A DNA stretch of 61,995 nucleotides, filler included, from Stramenopiles sp. TOSAG23-2 (taxonomy: Eukaryota): the NCBI GenBank assembly GCA_900128395.1. It is 23 parts of 23 records of this genome, joined end to end, with 100 filler letters (N's around TTAATTAATTAA, not from the genome) between each part and the next. Parts side by side here need not be neighbours in the genome. Positions count along the whole stretch, not along the records: positions 35,215 to 37,813 come from LT651634.1; positions 37,914 to 40,511 come from LT651635.1; positions 40,612 to 43,208 come from LT651636.1; positions 43,309 to 45,902 come from LT651637.1; positions 46,003 to 48,590 come from LT651638.1; positions 48,691 to 51,275 come from LT651639.1; 17 more parts are not named here. One strand, given 5' to 3'. The notes under the pieces were generated by a model that saw only the letters and a list, made by a program, of their open reading frames with translations, searched no databases and was not told the origin of the DNA. Below, one piece after another: positions 36,928 to 49,647 of the stretch. The position numbers were made by a program, and so were the translations under genes. The number at the start of each line of letters is the position of its first letter. Positions within the stretch are counted from its first letter, which is position 1.

Positions 36928-37913
36928 AAAAATTGTACACGTCGTATATTAAAGTATAATTAATGCATAACTTTATTTTTTAATTTTACTCATGATTATT
37001 CCTACTCTCCAGAAAGAATACACAATGTAACTCGTATGATATATAATTTTTAGTTTATACGCACATATTAATTTATTTTTTAATTTACTCCTATGATAAT
37101 TCCTACTCTTCAAAAGAATTACAATAAACTGAAATAATCTATCTCACACTAGTGTGTTGATATTCCCATAATAGAGAATACCAATGAAGGTAAATAGATG
37201 GTATCAACTACTCATACTGGTGGTAGCAGTTGATGAAAAACGAACATCATAGGAAGGCGGGGAGAATAAATTGTGCAATTGTACCGGGGTACAATTCATT
37301 ATACGACTCACCAAATGCACATTTTAATATCTGATGTATATAAAATTTTTCTCTCTCTTTACGCACATAATTTATATATATATACGAGTATATATGATAT
37401 ATGTGTTTTTCTCTTATATACTCATATGTTATCGTATAGTACAGTTGTATTTACGAAATTACAAAATATTTTTATATATTATTGCAATCGTTGAATGTAT
37501 ATATTATGTCTATTTATATAAATATACGAGTACTGTTTTTGCATCTTGGTAATCATATTCATTCTGTACATCTATTAATTCTTATCGTTATTAAAATAAA
37601 TCAAAATTTTATGTGAGTGAAGTTGTTAAGTGCTAAAAATGTGAACATCACACTATCGGTATTTGAGAGCGCATAAATCCTAGTAAATATTATCCACTCG
37701 TCACAGCACAGGAACAATATCCAACAATATGGGACCTAACTGAATAATACGACGTCAGTGATATTCCTATACTGATGTAGCACGTGCACTTAACGATCTT
37801 AACAACAAGATCTNNNNNNNNNNNNNNNNNNNNNNNNNNNNNNNNNNNNNNNNNNNNTTAATTAATTAANNNNNNNNNNNNNNNNNNNNNNNNNNNNNNN
37901 NNNNNNNNNNNNN

Positions 37914-38090
37914 GATGAAGGAGTTAAATTTGATATCAATAAAATTGAACGTGATCAATTTTCAATTGGAAATATTATTGATGATGGAAACGATGGAGAT
38001 GGGAATGGGGAAATTTTATCATTGGATGGTAGTAGTAGTAGTAGTATTGAAACTGAGAAAAAGATTAAGAAGAAATTGAAAAAGAAGTGA
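37914..38090 (+). CDS. 3' end of an unidentified gene
   Basis: DEGVKFDINKIERDQFSIGNII...KKIKKKLKKK* open from contig start. Confidence 0.6.
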   Translation, partial: DEGVKFDINKIERDQFSIGNIIDDGNDGDGNGEILSLDGSSSSSIETEKKIKKKLKKK

Positions 38091-39264
38091 GAACAATGAT
38101 GAGGGATGGTTGATGGTTGTGTGTGTGTGTGTGTGCATTGTACCGAGATGTACCATACGAAGTGGTCGTGTAATTAAAAAAAATCTAGATTACTTCGTAC
38201 GAACAAGTCGTGATTGGCGTAATATATAATTTTACAAATAAAAAATTTGCTCAAAAATTCAAAAATACTCTTACTGAGATTCAAAGTGCCCACAAAGAAA
38301 AAAAAGATGAAAAGAGTAAAAAAAAAATATTATATACGCCTCGTACTCGTATACGAAGTATATACTTCGTACTCGTATAATAATACGAACGCGTAATAAT
38401 TATCTTCTACGCTCGTATGACTAAAAGAATATAATATTAATCAATACTGGAAGACATAATGTAAATATTATACACCGCAATATTGTGTGTAATTTGTACG
38501 TACATTTTTTACATGTTTACATCCTTCGATATAAGAGACGACTCTGTCTCACAAAATAGGTCGATATATTTGCCGCCACCTCGTCGCACAAAAATCCACA
38601 AAACTCGTAAAGAATGAGTACGGTCACGTATTTGAAGATGCAATTTTATTATATATTAATAATACTCTCGTACTTATTAACTTATTAATTTTACTTGTAA
38701 TACCATGCAGAACAAAATAGACCAATTGACGCATATGTTAAATATTTCCTTCCATTGTTATTGATTTTACATGAAATTAGCAGGTTGAATATTTGGATAT
38801 GTAAGGTATTAATTTGGATTGTCGTAAATTGGTCAGATTTGTTGTGCGTGGTCTTACAAGTAAACTATATATATATATTTAATTCGAATTATACAAAGCA
38901 ATGCAAGGCAATGCATGGGAGGTGGAGAAACTACAATAAAAAGAATAATAGAGATAGAGAGATACGTACGTAACCTTTTCCCACCTTATAGAAAATAATA
39001 GGTTGAAGTAGAATTGATCTCAATTATTATTATCAGTAGTAGTAGTAGTAGTAATATTTTGAAAGAATTACATTTATATATATATTAGTAATCAAATCCC
39101 CACCAAAAAAATAGTATTATATTTAAAAGTATAATTTCATTGATCAGTTATATTGTTACTATTATTAATAATATTTTGAAAGAATAATACAATATATTAT
39201 ATATAGCAATCAAATCCCTACCATAAAAAATAGCATTTAAAAGTATATATACATACATAAGACA

Positions 39265-40137
39265 ATGAAACGTTTTGCGTTCATACAAATGTTATGGTAT
39301 TTATGTAGTTTTATAGGTTTGTCTTGTTATTTTATTCACTCCATGCTTGGTTATTTTTATGATACAAATGAGACGAAAAATTTTCCATTAAAAGATAGAG
39401 TTGGATTGCAAAATCGTGTGGAAGTGTTTGTCTTATTAGGACGATGGTGCAACGAGTTATGGTATAGTAAATATAGTGGCGTTGATATAGCGCATCATAG
39501 TGCTACCCTTTTTGGTGCATATGTTGCGTTTAATGTAGAATCCTGTTATGAATTTCAATATATATTGAGTCAAACAAATATGTTACATGTACCCATGTTT
39601 ATTTGGTATTTTGGTTGTAAAGAAGGTTGTTATTTAACATCATCGTCATCAACCTCCAATATGTTAAAGAAATCATGCGTTACCTTGTTTCCACACGTGT
39701 AAGTAAGCATTATTTATATATTTTTATACTAGCCTTTTTCTTTTTTCAAGATCTAACAAGACGATTTTAAAATATATATTGAAATTATTATTTGTCGCTA
39801 TATTTACAATACACACACCCAATATATATAATATAGTTGGACAGCAACGTCTGCATATCGTGTTCTTTTAACATTTTTTGCTGTATTAAAAGCATATAAT
39901 AATAATAAGCAGTTTGCTGCATTGGTATTATTTTCCATTGGATCCTTGCTTTTATATTTAGATATAAATTGGCAAAGATTTTTTTTTAAACGATTGAAAT
40001 ATTTAATTACAAAAAAAGACGAAGATAATAATAAAGATGGAGCAAAGTCAACAAATCATGTTTTAACAATTTATAATAGTATTTATTTTACTATATTTGG
40101 TATAGTCGCCTTTTGGACAACGTTTTATTGGAATTGA
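39265..40137 (+). CDS. TLC (TRAM/LAG1/CLN8)-like membrane protein; intron at 39699-39836
   Basis: DIAHH motif, multiple TM helices; a GTAAGT..CTAAC..TAG intron joins the two ORFs in frame. Confidence 0.7.
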
Positions 40138-40962
40138 ATGTTATACTATATATATATATATATATATATATAGTATGATGTATATAGACATTATGAATGA
40201 GTGTGGTACCACAAGTCACACAAGTAAATGATATATATATTTAATACGTATATATATTTTATATATTAAATGAATTTTAGTATGAGATAGAATTTACATT
40301 TTTCAAATATGTTCGTACAAACTACCTTTGGTCATAAACTCGTACGAGCGCGTACTTCGTAAAAAAAATCAAAACGATTTATAATAAAAAAATAAGAAAT
40401 AAAAGAGACGCACACACCTCTTGAAAATATACTCCGTAGTATTTTCGTAAAAAATATAATTAAAAAAATATTACGGTTTATTAAGATAAAATGACGTCTC
40501 TCTCCGTTATTNNNNNNNNNNNNNNNNNNNNNNNNNNNNNNNNNNNNNNNNNNNNTTAATTAATTAANNNNNNNNNNNNNNNNNNNNNNNNNNNNNNNNN
40601 NNNNNNNNNNNAATATAAAATATAAATGTATAGCACACGCTATTTTAATTTTTTTATTTCTATATTTATTGTGCTTATGTATTATTTACAGGTAGTATTA
40701 TTCCCAAAAAAAAAGGCTGTTGTTTGCCATATAATATAGCATACGAATAGCACTAATATTAAAAAATTGCGCCACAACAATAATAAAGATGCATCTTTTC
40801 TTCTATAAAAAGAAGCTTTACCACACAAATACTCGATATATATACATGTAGCTGGATAGATAGAAATGATGATTATGATAGTAGAAATATTTTCATTAAG
40901 CTTATATACATATATCCTTCTGTACGTCGTGTATATACATATTTTAATCGTTTTATAACAAA

Positions 40963-41505
40963 ATGTCAATAGTAAATGGACAAGATGTGGAAGCACATTA
41001 CAGTTCAGGATCAACATCTGGAAATGAAATATTTAACAAAATTAAAACATATTTAAATGAAAATAATATTACTACCGTAAGACTGACAGATTTAGCACCT
41101 GTTGATGAGTTTCATATTGGTGGTATACCTGGAACTATTTCATTGATGGACAAGCTAGATATTAAATCAACAGATACGATATTGGATGTAGGAGCTGGAT
41201 TAGGCGGTCCAGCGAGATTTGTTGCTGATAAATATGGATGCAAGGTAATAGGTGTTGATTTAACAAAGAAATTTGTGGATGCTGGAAATGAAATTACGAA
41301 ATCTTTATTTCCTCAACTTAAAGATAAAGTTCATTTAGTTGTTGGTAGTGGATTGGATTTGGAAAAAGCGTTGCCCTCGGATTCTACAGGCTTGTTTGAT
41401 AAAGCATATCTATTGCATGTTGGTATGAATATTACAGATAAAACAAAATTAATTAACGAAATATCTAAAAAACTTAAGCCGAATGGCAAATTAGCAATTT
41501 TTTAA
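40963..41505 (+). CDS. Truncated duplicate or allele of the SAM-dependent methyltransferase
   Basis: Near-identical to 41879-42390 except ITKSLFP vs ITSLFP; ends where upstream sequence (40731 onward) restarts. Confidence 0.6.
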   Translation: MSIVNGQDVEAHYSSGSTSGNEIFNKIKTYLNENNITTVRLTDLAPVDEFHIGGIPGTISLMDKLDIKSTDTILDVGAGLGGPARFVADKYGCKVIGVDLTKKFVDAGNEITKSLFPQLKDKVHLVVGSGLDLEKALPSDSTGLFDKAYLLHVGMNITDKTKLINEISKKLKPNGKLAIF

Positions 41506-41736
41506 TAATATAGCATACGAATAGCACTAATATTAAAAAATTGCGCCACAACAATAATAAAGATGCATCTTTTCTTCTATAAAAAGAAGCTTTACCACAC
41601 AAATACTCGATATATATACATGTAGCTGGATAGATAGAAATGATGATTATGATAGTAGAAATATTTTCATTAAGCTTATATACATATATCCTTCTGTACG
41701 TCGTGTATATACATATTTTAATCGTTTTATAACAAA

Positions 41737-42727
41737 ATGTCAATAGTAAATGGACAAGATGTGGAAGCACATTACAGTTCAGGATCAACATCTGGAAATG
41801 AAATATTTAACAAAATTAAAACATATTTAAATGAAAATAATATTACTACCGTAAGACTCAATAGTAAATGGACAAGATGTGGAAGCACATTACAGTTCAG
41901 GATCAACATCTGGAAATGAAATATTTAACAAAATTAAAACATATTTAAATGAAAATAATATTACTACCGTAAGACTGACAGATTTAGCACCTGTTGATGA
42001 GTTTCATATTGGTGGTATACCTGGAACTATTTCATTGATGGACAAGCTAGATATTAAATCAACAGATACGATATTGGATGTAGGAGCTGGATTAGGCGGT
42101 CCAGCGAGATTTGTTGCTGATAAATATGGATGCAAGGTAATAGGTGTTGATTTAACAAAGAAATTTGTGGATGCTGGAAATGAAATTACTTCTTTATTTC
42201 CTCAACTTAAAGATAAAGTTCATTTAGTTGTTGGTAGTGGATTGGATTTGGAAAAAGCGTTGCCCTCGGATTCTACAGGCTTGTTTGATAAAGCATATCT
42301 ATTGCATGTTGGTATGAATATTACAGATAAAACAAAATTAATTAACGAAATATCTAAAAAACTTAAGCCGAATGGCAAATTAGCAATTTATGATGTAATG
42401 AAAATGTCCAGCGATGAATTAGAATTTCCTTTACCATGGGCTTCTGATAAAAGTCATGATGCATGCGCTTCAGTTGATGTTTATAAAAAAGCATTTGAAA
42501 ATTCCGGATTTAATGTTACTGTAGAAAATAGTCGTTTAGAATTTGGATTGGGTGTTTTTGAAAAAAGAAAAATGCATAGTGGTAAGACACCATTTGGTTT
42601 AAACGTGCATCAAGAAAATTTTGCTACGAAAGGTGCAAACATGGTAAAGAATATGAAAGCTGGTAGAATGGCACCATATGAACTAATTGGAGTTAAAAAT
42701 AATATTACATCATCGAATAACCTCTGA
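41737..42727 (+). CDS. Class I SAM-dependent methyltransferase (DEFHIGG family); the true start MSIVNGQDVEAHY is interrupted by a ~120-bp duplication
   Basis: DLAPVDEFHIGG, ILDVGAGLGGPARF, VIGVDLT, HVGMNI.DK, LKPNG, FPLPWA. Confidence 0.9.
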
Positions 42728-43309
42728 AGAAAAGAGAGAGAGGAGTAAAGGGAGAAAAGCAAAACTTAGAGAGAGGATCCGCTCTAAGCAAAATATGGTT
42801 TCCTGGAGTTAAAAATAATATTACATCATCGAATAACCTCTGAAGAAAAGAGAGAGAGGAGTAAAGGGAGAAAAGCAAAACTTAGAGAGAGGATCCGCTC
42901 TAAGCAAAATATGGTTTCCAGCAGCAGAGAGAGAGTTGTAGAGTAAAATATACGAAGTACGAACGATATAATTTTGCACACACGCGCGCGTATTTTCTTT
43001 TAATACGATTCGTACTTTTGAATCGTAATGTGTGAGAAACATAAAATTGTTTTATTTTGTGTGTAGTATATGCATACGTACTTTCGTTAAAAATTTTCTT
43101 TTTATTTAAATACCCTATATATATATATATATCATATACGAACCTTCGTACGTCGTACATATATACCCCTCCCAAAAATGTATTATACTCGCTGCACCTC
43201 TCTTTCTCNNNNNNNNNNNNNNNNNNNNNNNNNNNNNNNNNNNNNNNNNNNNTTAATTAATTAANNNNNNNNNNNNNNNNNNNNNNNNNNNNNNNNNNNN
43301 NNNNNNNNA

Positions 43310-44200
43310 TACAAAGACGCTAAAAACAACAACAAAAAAGAAAAAGAAGCTGCAAGTGTGACAGCAAGTGAAGATAGCGCAGCAAACAAAGATAAACCAA
43401 ATACGGTATTGATAGAAGTTGGCGCAGGTGCAGTGGATGTACGTTTCATCGTTTCTAATGTTGAAGCATCGAAAGCAGAAGCTGTAGGAAGTGATGTTGC
43501 TGCATTTATTGCCGACGATTCCGATGATGGTTTTGCAAAATCTTGTCAAAGAAAAGGTTTAAAAATCACAGGTGCTAAATTAAATCGTGAACCAGCAATA
43601 GAAGGTGGTAAACCAAAAGCTGGTTGTGCTAAAGCAGTTATGAAACGTTTGACCGAAATGAAAGATGCAAGCAGACCAGAAACTGATGTACCAGCAGCTA
43701 TGCGTACATTTTGCAGAAAATCATTCAATGATCGTAAAAATGTATTACCAGCAAGCTTAAGCCCAACTGTAATTGCACGTACATGTGAAAGAGCATTTAC
43801 CATTTTCAATCGTCGTCCAGTTGGCAAACGATATGAAGCTGCAGTACCAGAAAGTCGCGAATATTGCTACGAGATGAGACAATTCTTCGAATATTTAATC
43901 AGAAAGAACGGTGTAACTAATATGAAACATGGATTGGCAACTAGTGTCAGTGAAATTAATCGTGAACAACCAGGACAAGGTATTACCGCATGTTGTGTAC
44001 CTCATCAATCTGGTGGTTGTTATGATAAAAAACCAAGTAAAAATATCCAAGAATGTGTATGTAAAGGAGGTGCATTTAGCCACCATCCTGGTAAACAAGA
44101 TAAATTCTGTTGTGATACTGAATGGGATTTAACATGTGCAGAAAATGTAGAATGGTATGGATGTGCAGCATGTCCACAACCAGAATTTTTATTCCGTTAA
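43310..44200 (+). CDS. Cys-rich, probably extracellular protein, 5'-partial, ending in a CC-x3-WD-x2-C module
   Basis: ACCVPHQSGGCYD...QECVC...DKFCCDTEWDLTCA. Confidence 0.8.
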   Translation, partial: YKDAKNNNKKEKEAASVTASEDSAANKDKPNTVLIEVGAGAVDVRFIVSNVEASKAEAVGSDVAAFIADDSDDGFAKSCQRKGLKITGAKLNREPAIEGGKPKAGCAKAVMKRLTEMKDASRPETDVPAAMRTFCRKSFNDRKNVLPASLSPTVIARTCERAFTIFNRRPVGKRYEAAVPESREYCYEMRQFFEYLIRKNGVTNMKHGLATSVSEINREQPGQGITACCVPHQSGGCYDKKPSKNIQECVCKGGAFSHHPGKQDKFCCDTEWDLTCAENVEWYGCAACPQPEFLFR

Positions 44201-44507
44201 ATCAATTTTGTAATAATATAATATATATATATGATATTAGGTCAATCGTCGTTAGGATGTTTGGTTTGATAGAGTGTGTGTGTGTACATTAATTTTAGGA
44301 TTTTGTAAAAATCAAAAAAAAAATGCTTTCACCTGGGTGGTTAAAAAATTATTTTTCAATTCTCAGAGCAAGTATTAAAAATATAAAATAGATTTTTATT
44401 TTTAAATTTATATATATAGCGTGTATAAAAAAGACTTTCTTCTACACACTCTAGAGGAGCTTTCTGTAGAGATATAATATTTATTTATAAGTAAAAACTT
44501 CCTCTAT

Positions 44508-45902
44508 TTACTCCAATTCCCATACATCACCTTGATCCATTAAATCTTGATAACTTTCGTTGTTCTTTTCTTTCACAGCAACTACTACTGGCGTCTCATT
44601 ATTAACTACTACTTCTTCTTTTTTTACTTTTATTTTTTTCTTCTTTGTCGTCGTTGTTTTCGTCTTCTTCTTTTTTTTCTTTTCCTCTTTTGCAACAGCT
44701 GATGATGGTGGTGGCATTGCTTGTTCAAATTTTTGACGTTCTTTTTCAAAATTTTGACGTAAATCAGTCNNNNNNNNNNNNNNNNNNNNNNNNNNNNNNN
44801 NNNNNNNNNNNNNNNNNNNNNNNNNNNNNNNNNNNNNNNNNNNNNNACTAGAATTGCGACCTGATAATAAATCAGTCAACGCATCAAATTCTGCAACACC
44901 TGTACCACCCATACCATTTTGAACATTTGATTTTGCAAGATCTGGATCTGCCATTTCCATCATTTCATCAAACTCTGCATCAAGTACTGGATTTACTTTT
45001 GGTTGTTGTTCTTTTTTTTTCTTCTTTTTCTTTTGCTTCGTTTTTGCTATTGGTGCTGGTGGTGGCGCGGATACTGGTGGTTTCTTCTTACGTGGTACAC
45101 GATTACCACCTGGTGCAGCATATGCTTCCATTGTTTTTTTCAATTCATCTTCATTCATTTTTGTCGTATCAACTACTTTACATTTAGATAATAAACCTTT
45201 TGGTGCACCTTCATTCGATCCAGTAGGATACAATGCATCTTTGCTATTATTTAAAAATCCACCTTTAATAACTTTTTTCTTTTTTTTCTTTTTCTTCGTA
45301 GTAGTTGTTGCTTTTTTGTTGTTATTATTATTTGATTTTACTTCATCTTTTGATTCATTATCATCATGAATTGATAAATCTTGTATCAATGGTTTTTTCT
45401 TATTATTATTATTGTTGTTGTTGTTATTACTACTACTAATATTAATTTTCGGCATATTACTTGTACTACTACTACTATTGTTGTTGTTGTTGCTATTATT
45501 ATTATTATTATTATCGGATGAACGAACTTGTTTTAATAATTCTGATGGTGATGACATCGCTGATTTTTGTGTGGTTTTTTCTTCGTTGTCTTTTTCTTTT
45601 TTGTTGTTGTTTTTAGCGTCTTTGTATCATCCTGTGGTGCACTTTGTGCTTTTGCATCTTCAATTGGAAATGGTATTGGTTTATTACCAATTTTTCCACC
45701 ACCACATTTATATTTACTTTTAATAATTTTCCAATTCTTTTGAAGTCGTATTTGATGATCTTGATATAACCATTGCATTGCTAATTCCACTGTATTTACT
45801 TTGAACATATTGTCACGTGATACGGCAGTAATTACCCATGGATTAAATACACAATCAACGGCAACGATTGGTTGATTTGATTTATCCATTCCATCCCTTG
45901 GT
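44508..45902 (-). CDS. PIH1-domain protein, 5'-partial, with a 1-nt frameshift between about 45626 and 45560 and an internal N gap
   Basis: DKSNQPIVAVDCVFNPWV...FK....ELAMQW......L...WKIIKSKYK is a PIH1 N-domain pattern; continues in the -1 frame into ORF 44508-45557. Confidence 0.7.
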
Positions 45903-46214
45903 NNNNNNNNNNNNNNNNNNNNNNNNNNNNNNNNNNNNNNNNNNNNTTAATTAATTAANNNNNNNNNNNNNNNNNNNNNNNNNNNNNNNNNNNNNNNNNN
46001 NNATGGAGGTGGAGAGGAGGTGGAGAGAAAGAGGAGAGATGGAGAGAGAAGTACACTGTGGTACACGCGAGAGGAAAAAATAAAATAGAAATTACGCCAA
46101 TTACAGGGGAAAAGTTTAATCAAGCGCCAAGATATTTTTACACAAAGTGCGTGTCTTATTCTTGTAATTTTGACATTAACGACTTCATGTGCCCATTTAA
46201 ATATTCAGCCAATA

Positions 46215-47566
46215 TTATTTCCATCGGTCTATTTGTGCCAGTTCTACATCCATTCCATCTTTCTTCTTGCTATTTCCACCAAGCGGTGTGTTTGGTAGAA
46301 TTAATGGGCAGGCCACAATCAATGGAGTACCACATGCACCAAGGATACTCCCTCCAACAACTTGCTCAGGAAAATGAGATCCATCTACAATTCTTGAAGT
46401 AGCAATAAACGTTGCACCAATTGTAGTACTCACAAGAATCAACATCCGAAGGATTGATTTTACAAGTGGTGGTACTTTTAAATATATATGTTTACCCGTA
46501 CATGGACCAGTAAGCGCATGAATGACTATTTATACTTGTAATTATCGATATATATATATATATATATTTATATATAATTTTGTTAGATAGTGGAATAAAA
46601 GATAAAGTGACTCTATGTATATTTTAGATGTTCAAATATATATTAAACAGATACATATACACAAAAGGAAGAAAATTAATGTGTAGTATAACTTACATCC
46701 ATCCAAAATCCATGGAACTTGGTACAACATTAATCCAACACCCATCAAGCCAACAAATGCTATACTTGAATGCCCACTTACAAATCCGCGGAAGTAATCA
46801 ATTCCATTTCCATACTTCTCTGATCGGGTTTCCATACATAGTGTTAATTGTTCAATGGATGCGGTAAACGTAGTGTTTGTTAATTGTTTTGTTTTTGTCA
46901 AAATTATCTTACATCTTGCAAGGCCAATTGGTCTAAGACAAGATGCATAACTTTAATGTATTGCATGATAATCATATTTAAACCATTGACTCCCCACCAT
47001 ATGCCAGTTGCCCAGCCACGATACGGTATAAATTTCCCGTTACTTGCATCTTTATCTGCTAAATATGCCCCGGCAGAAGCAATACCTAAAACTATTGCTG
47101 GGATAATCCAACCCCACAAAAATAACGAGACGTTGCTAACAATGTAGTCTGGATAATTTTTTACCTTTGGGTTGCTTTCTGACCAATATCTACCGTCATA
47201 AATTCCAGGTGAATGATACGGTTTGGTTTGCATATCATCCCAGGGGATGAGTATAATAAGAAAGAGTGGAATCCAGGTCATAATGCAGCACATAGCACAG
47301 GTTTTAAGGCATTCCTGGCCACCACACACACATCCTTGGCTTCCTGATGATGGTGCACCAGGAAATTGAGGCATTGTATCTTTCCCAATATCCAAGCTAG
47401 GACTTATTGCCACTTCTACCTCGTGAACTACGGATTGCCCAGGCCCAATTTCAGCATTTAACAATATTTTTACTGGATTTCCATTTGGCAAATTGACTTG
47501 AATGGTCATTTCTTCACCAATTATTTTTTCTTTTGGTGCTTGTACTTGTAATTGTATTTTTTCCAT
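46215..47566 (-). CDS. PAP2 / lipid phosphate phosphatase family protein; 1-nt frameshift near 46952; intron at 46696-46526
   Basis: Restoring one base gives motif C1 K-SYASCL-RP; C2 FVSGHSS; C3 SRIVDGSHFPEQVVGG. Confidence 0.85.
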
Positions 47567-48692
47567 CTTACTTTTTTATGTTGAGAATTAGCAATAGATT
47601 TGTAACATGTGGTACATCCTGTTGTGTAATAATATATAATATATATATATATATTGTGATCTATTCTATTATATCTATATTAGTTGAAGATTGTGATATA
47701 TGTGATGTAAGTATAAATCTATATTCAATTATCTTCATATCTTCATAACTTCAATCATCTTATAATCTGGCATAATCCAACATGCTATGTTCATCACTAT
47801 AGGTAATATATGTAGGTGTAAACAGTGTTAACGAGTGTATTAGTACAGAAAAAGTACAACATTAACATGTGCACATCATTCACACACACACAGCATAAGC
47901 AGCAAAATGATGATGGTGGCGTATGAAAAACCTTAAAATATTTATAGCAACACAATAAGCTCTGGTAAAATGGCCCCCAGCGGCTACTAAAAAAATAATA
48001 TATTAAATATGCCCTACCACCAGTTAAGGTACTGTATGCATACTGTATACTGTACGTGCACACACCAGTAATAATAGATCATATATTTTTGTTTTTTTAA
48101 GGGAAAGCATTAAAAACCTGGTTTTTTTCATGTATCTAATGCTATTCCTATATATGCTATGGCTTTTAAAAATGTACACCACAATATTAATAAGATATGG
48201 ATGATAATTTTCAAACCTTGTGGATTCTAGTAATTTCCCCATTGTATTCCCATACTACAAATGTTGCAAATCCTAAAATTTGGCACTGAAAATATAAATA
48301 TATAAAATGAACTAATATACTCTTCGAGAGAGAGCTGGAAGAAGGATTATACATAATTAGAAGAAAAAAAAAAAGACAGAACGTGAGGTACATATCATAT
48401 TATTATTATTACAATTTCACAACATATTGTTTCGTTATAAGTATATATATATCTATATACATTTATTGATAAACCTTTCCCTTTTTTATTTTGTTTTTTT
48501 TGTTTTTTTCATTCATCAACAAAATTTAAATAATTTGAAAATTTTGGCGCAATAATTTCAAAAAATTATACAAAATGAGATTAGAAATTGNNNNNNNNNN
48601 NNNNNNNNNNNNNNNNNNNNNNNNNNNNNNNNNNTTAATTAATTAANNNNNNNNNNNNNNNNNNNNNNNNNNNNNNNNNNNNNNNNNNNNTT

Positions 48693-48881
48693 AAACAAGG
48701 AAGTAGAGGGACAGTTATTGAGGCTACCTCACGTAAGGATGGAAAATTGAAAGTTAAGTTGGATAACGACGATACAAAAACATTTAGATTGATTAAAGAA
48801 TGCGATTTACAATTTTATGACGGAGTAGCTTCTTCACCTAACTCTGAATCACAGACAGAGGAACAATCTTTTGAATACTAA
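48693..48881 (+). CDS. 3' end of a gene with a KOW/SH3-like barrel
   Basis: KQGSRGTVIEATSRKDGKLKVKLDND...FRLIKECDLQFY...*. Confidence 0.5.
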   Translation, partial: KQGSRGTVIEATSRKDGKLKVKLDNDDTKTFRLIKECDLQFYDGVASSPNSESQTEEQSFEY

Positions 48882-49289
48882 ATAATTTACTAAACTTTAT
48901 AAATCATTTTTGATTTGAGATGTTAATGAACGGGAGTAAAAGAAATTTATTAATATAATATATGAGTAAGAGAACATTTTATATAATATATGAGTAAGAG
49001 AACATTTTATATATTAAAAAATAATTAGGAAGTTCGTAATATGATGATGGTTGACATTCCCTCAGGAAGATGCGATACAGCGTTTGGATTGGGATACCTA
49101 TTGTTTGTTTTATGATTCTATTCCAGCGAATCAATACAATTGTGGTGGACCATTAGAAGTTGATAATAAGATGCCTCTATAATAGTAGAAGGTGATCGTA
49201 AATGGATAAGTGAAGACGAATGTAAACAACAATAATATGCCGAATCAATAAATTCAGCCCCTTAAAATAATTATATAAAAATAAGTAAG

Positions 49290-49647
49290 TCACGTGATAA
49301 TTGTTGTGCTTTTGGCATATATATATATAAATATTGTATCCAAAACCATCCATTCACCCATACTAAATATCTACGCTTCGTAGGTACTAATGAACTACCA
49401 TTTCTCATATTGCCACCATACGTATGAAACCTTTATGTTTTCTAGAAATGACAACTTTAGGAGAGAATGAACGTGAAGTAAAAATTTCATGTTGTCCCCC
49501 AGGTACCAACATAACAATTTCATTGTCTTCCAATGATTTTGCAACAACTTCTCGACTAACTTCCCTGCCACCAACAACCATTTGATTACCATCTCGAATT
49601 CCTGGAACGGAATGGGTAAATGAATCAGTCATATAATGTATAGGAGT
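49290..49647 (-). pseudogene. Decayed DGAT2/MOGAT acyltransferase fragment
   Basis: VPGIRD..GGREVSR..VMLVPGGQHE..RKHKGFIRM, then in shifted frames RNGSSLVP and FSMGEWMVLD; the N-terminal HPHG region is absent. Confidence 0.75.

Noticed and set aside
40731..41880. Tandem methyltransferase gene cluster
   Set aside because: Copies are truncated and restart at upstream sequence; this looks like unresolved alleles or overlaps rather than separate genes
45560..45630. Programmed -1 frameshift in the PIH1 gene at A_AAA_AAG
   Set aside because: A-rich low-complexity sequence makes the heptamer expected by chance; it coincides with the inverted chimera; no stimulatory structure is evident
46945..46960. 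Recoding or editing in the PAP2 gene
   Set aside because: A single missing base in a short A run with no slippery site; error or null allele is more parsimonious
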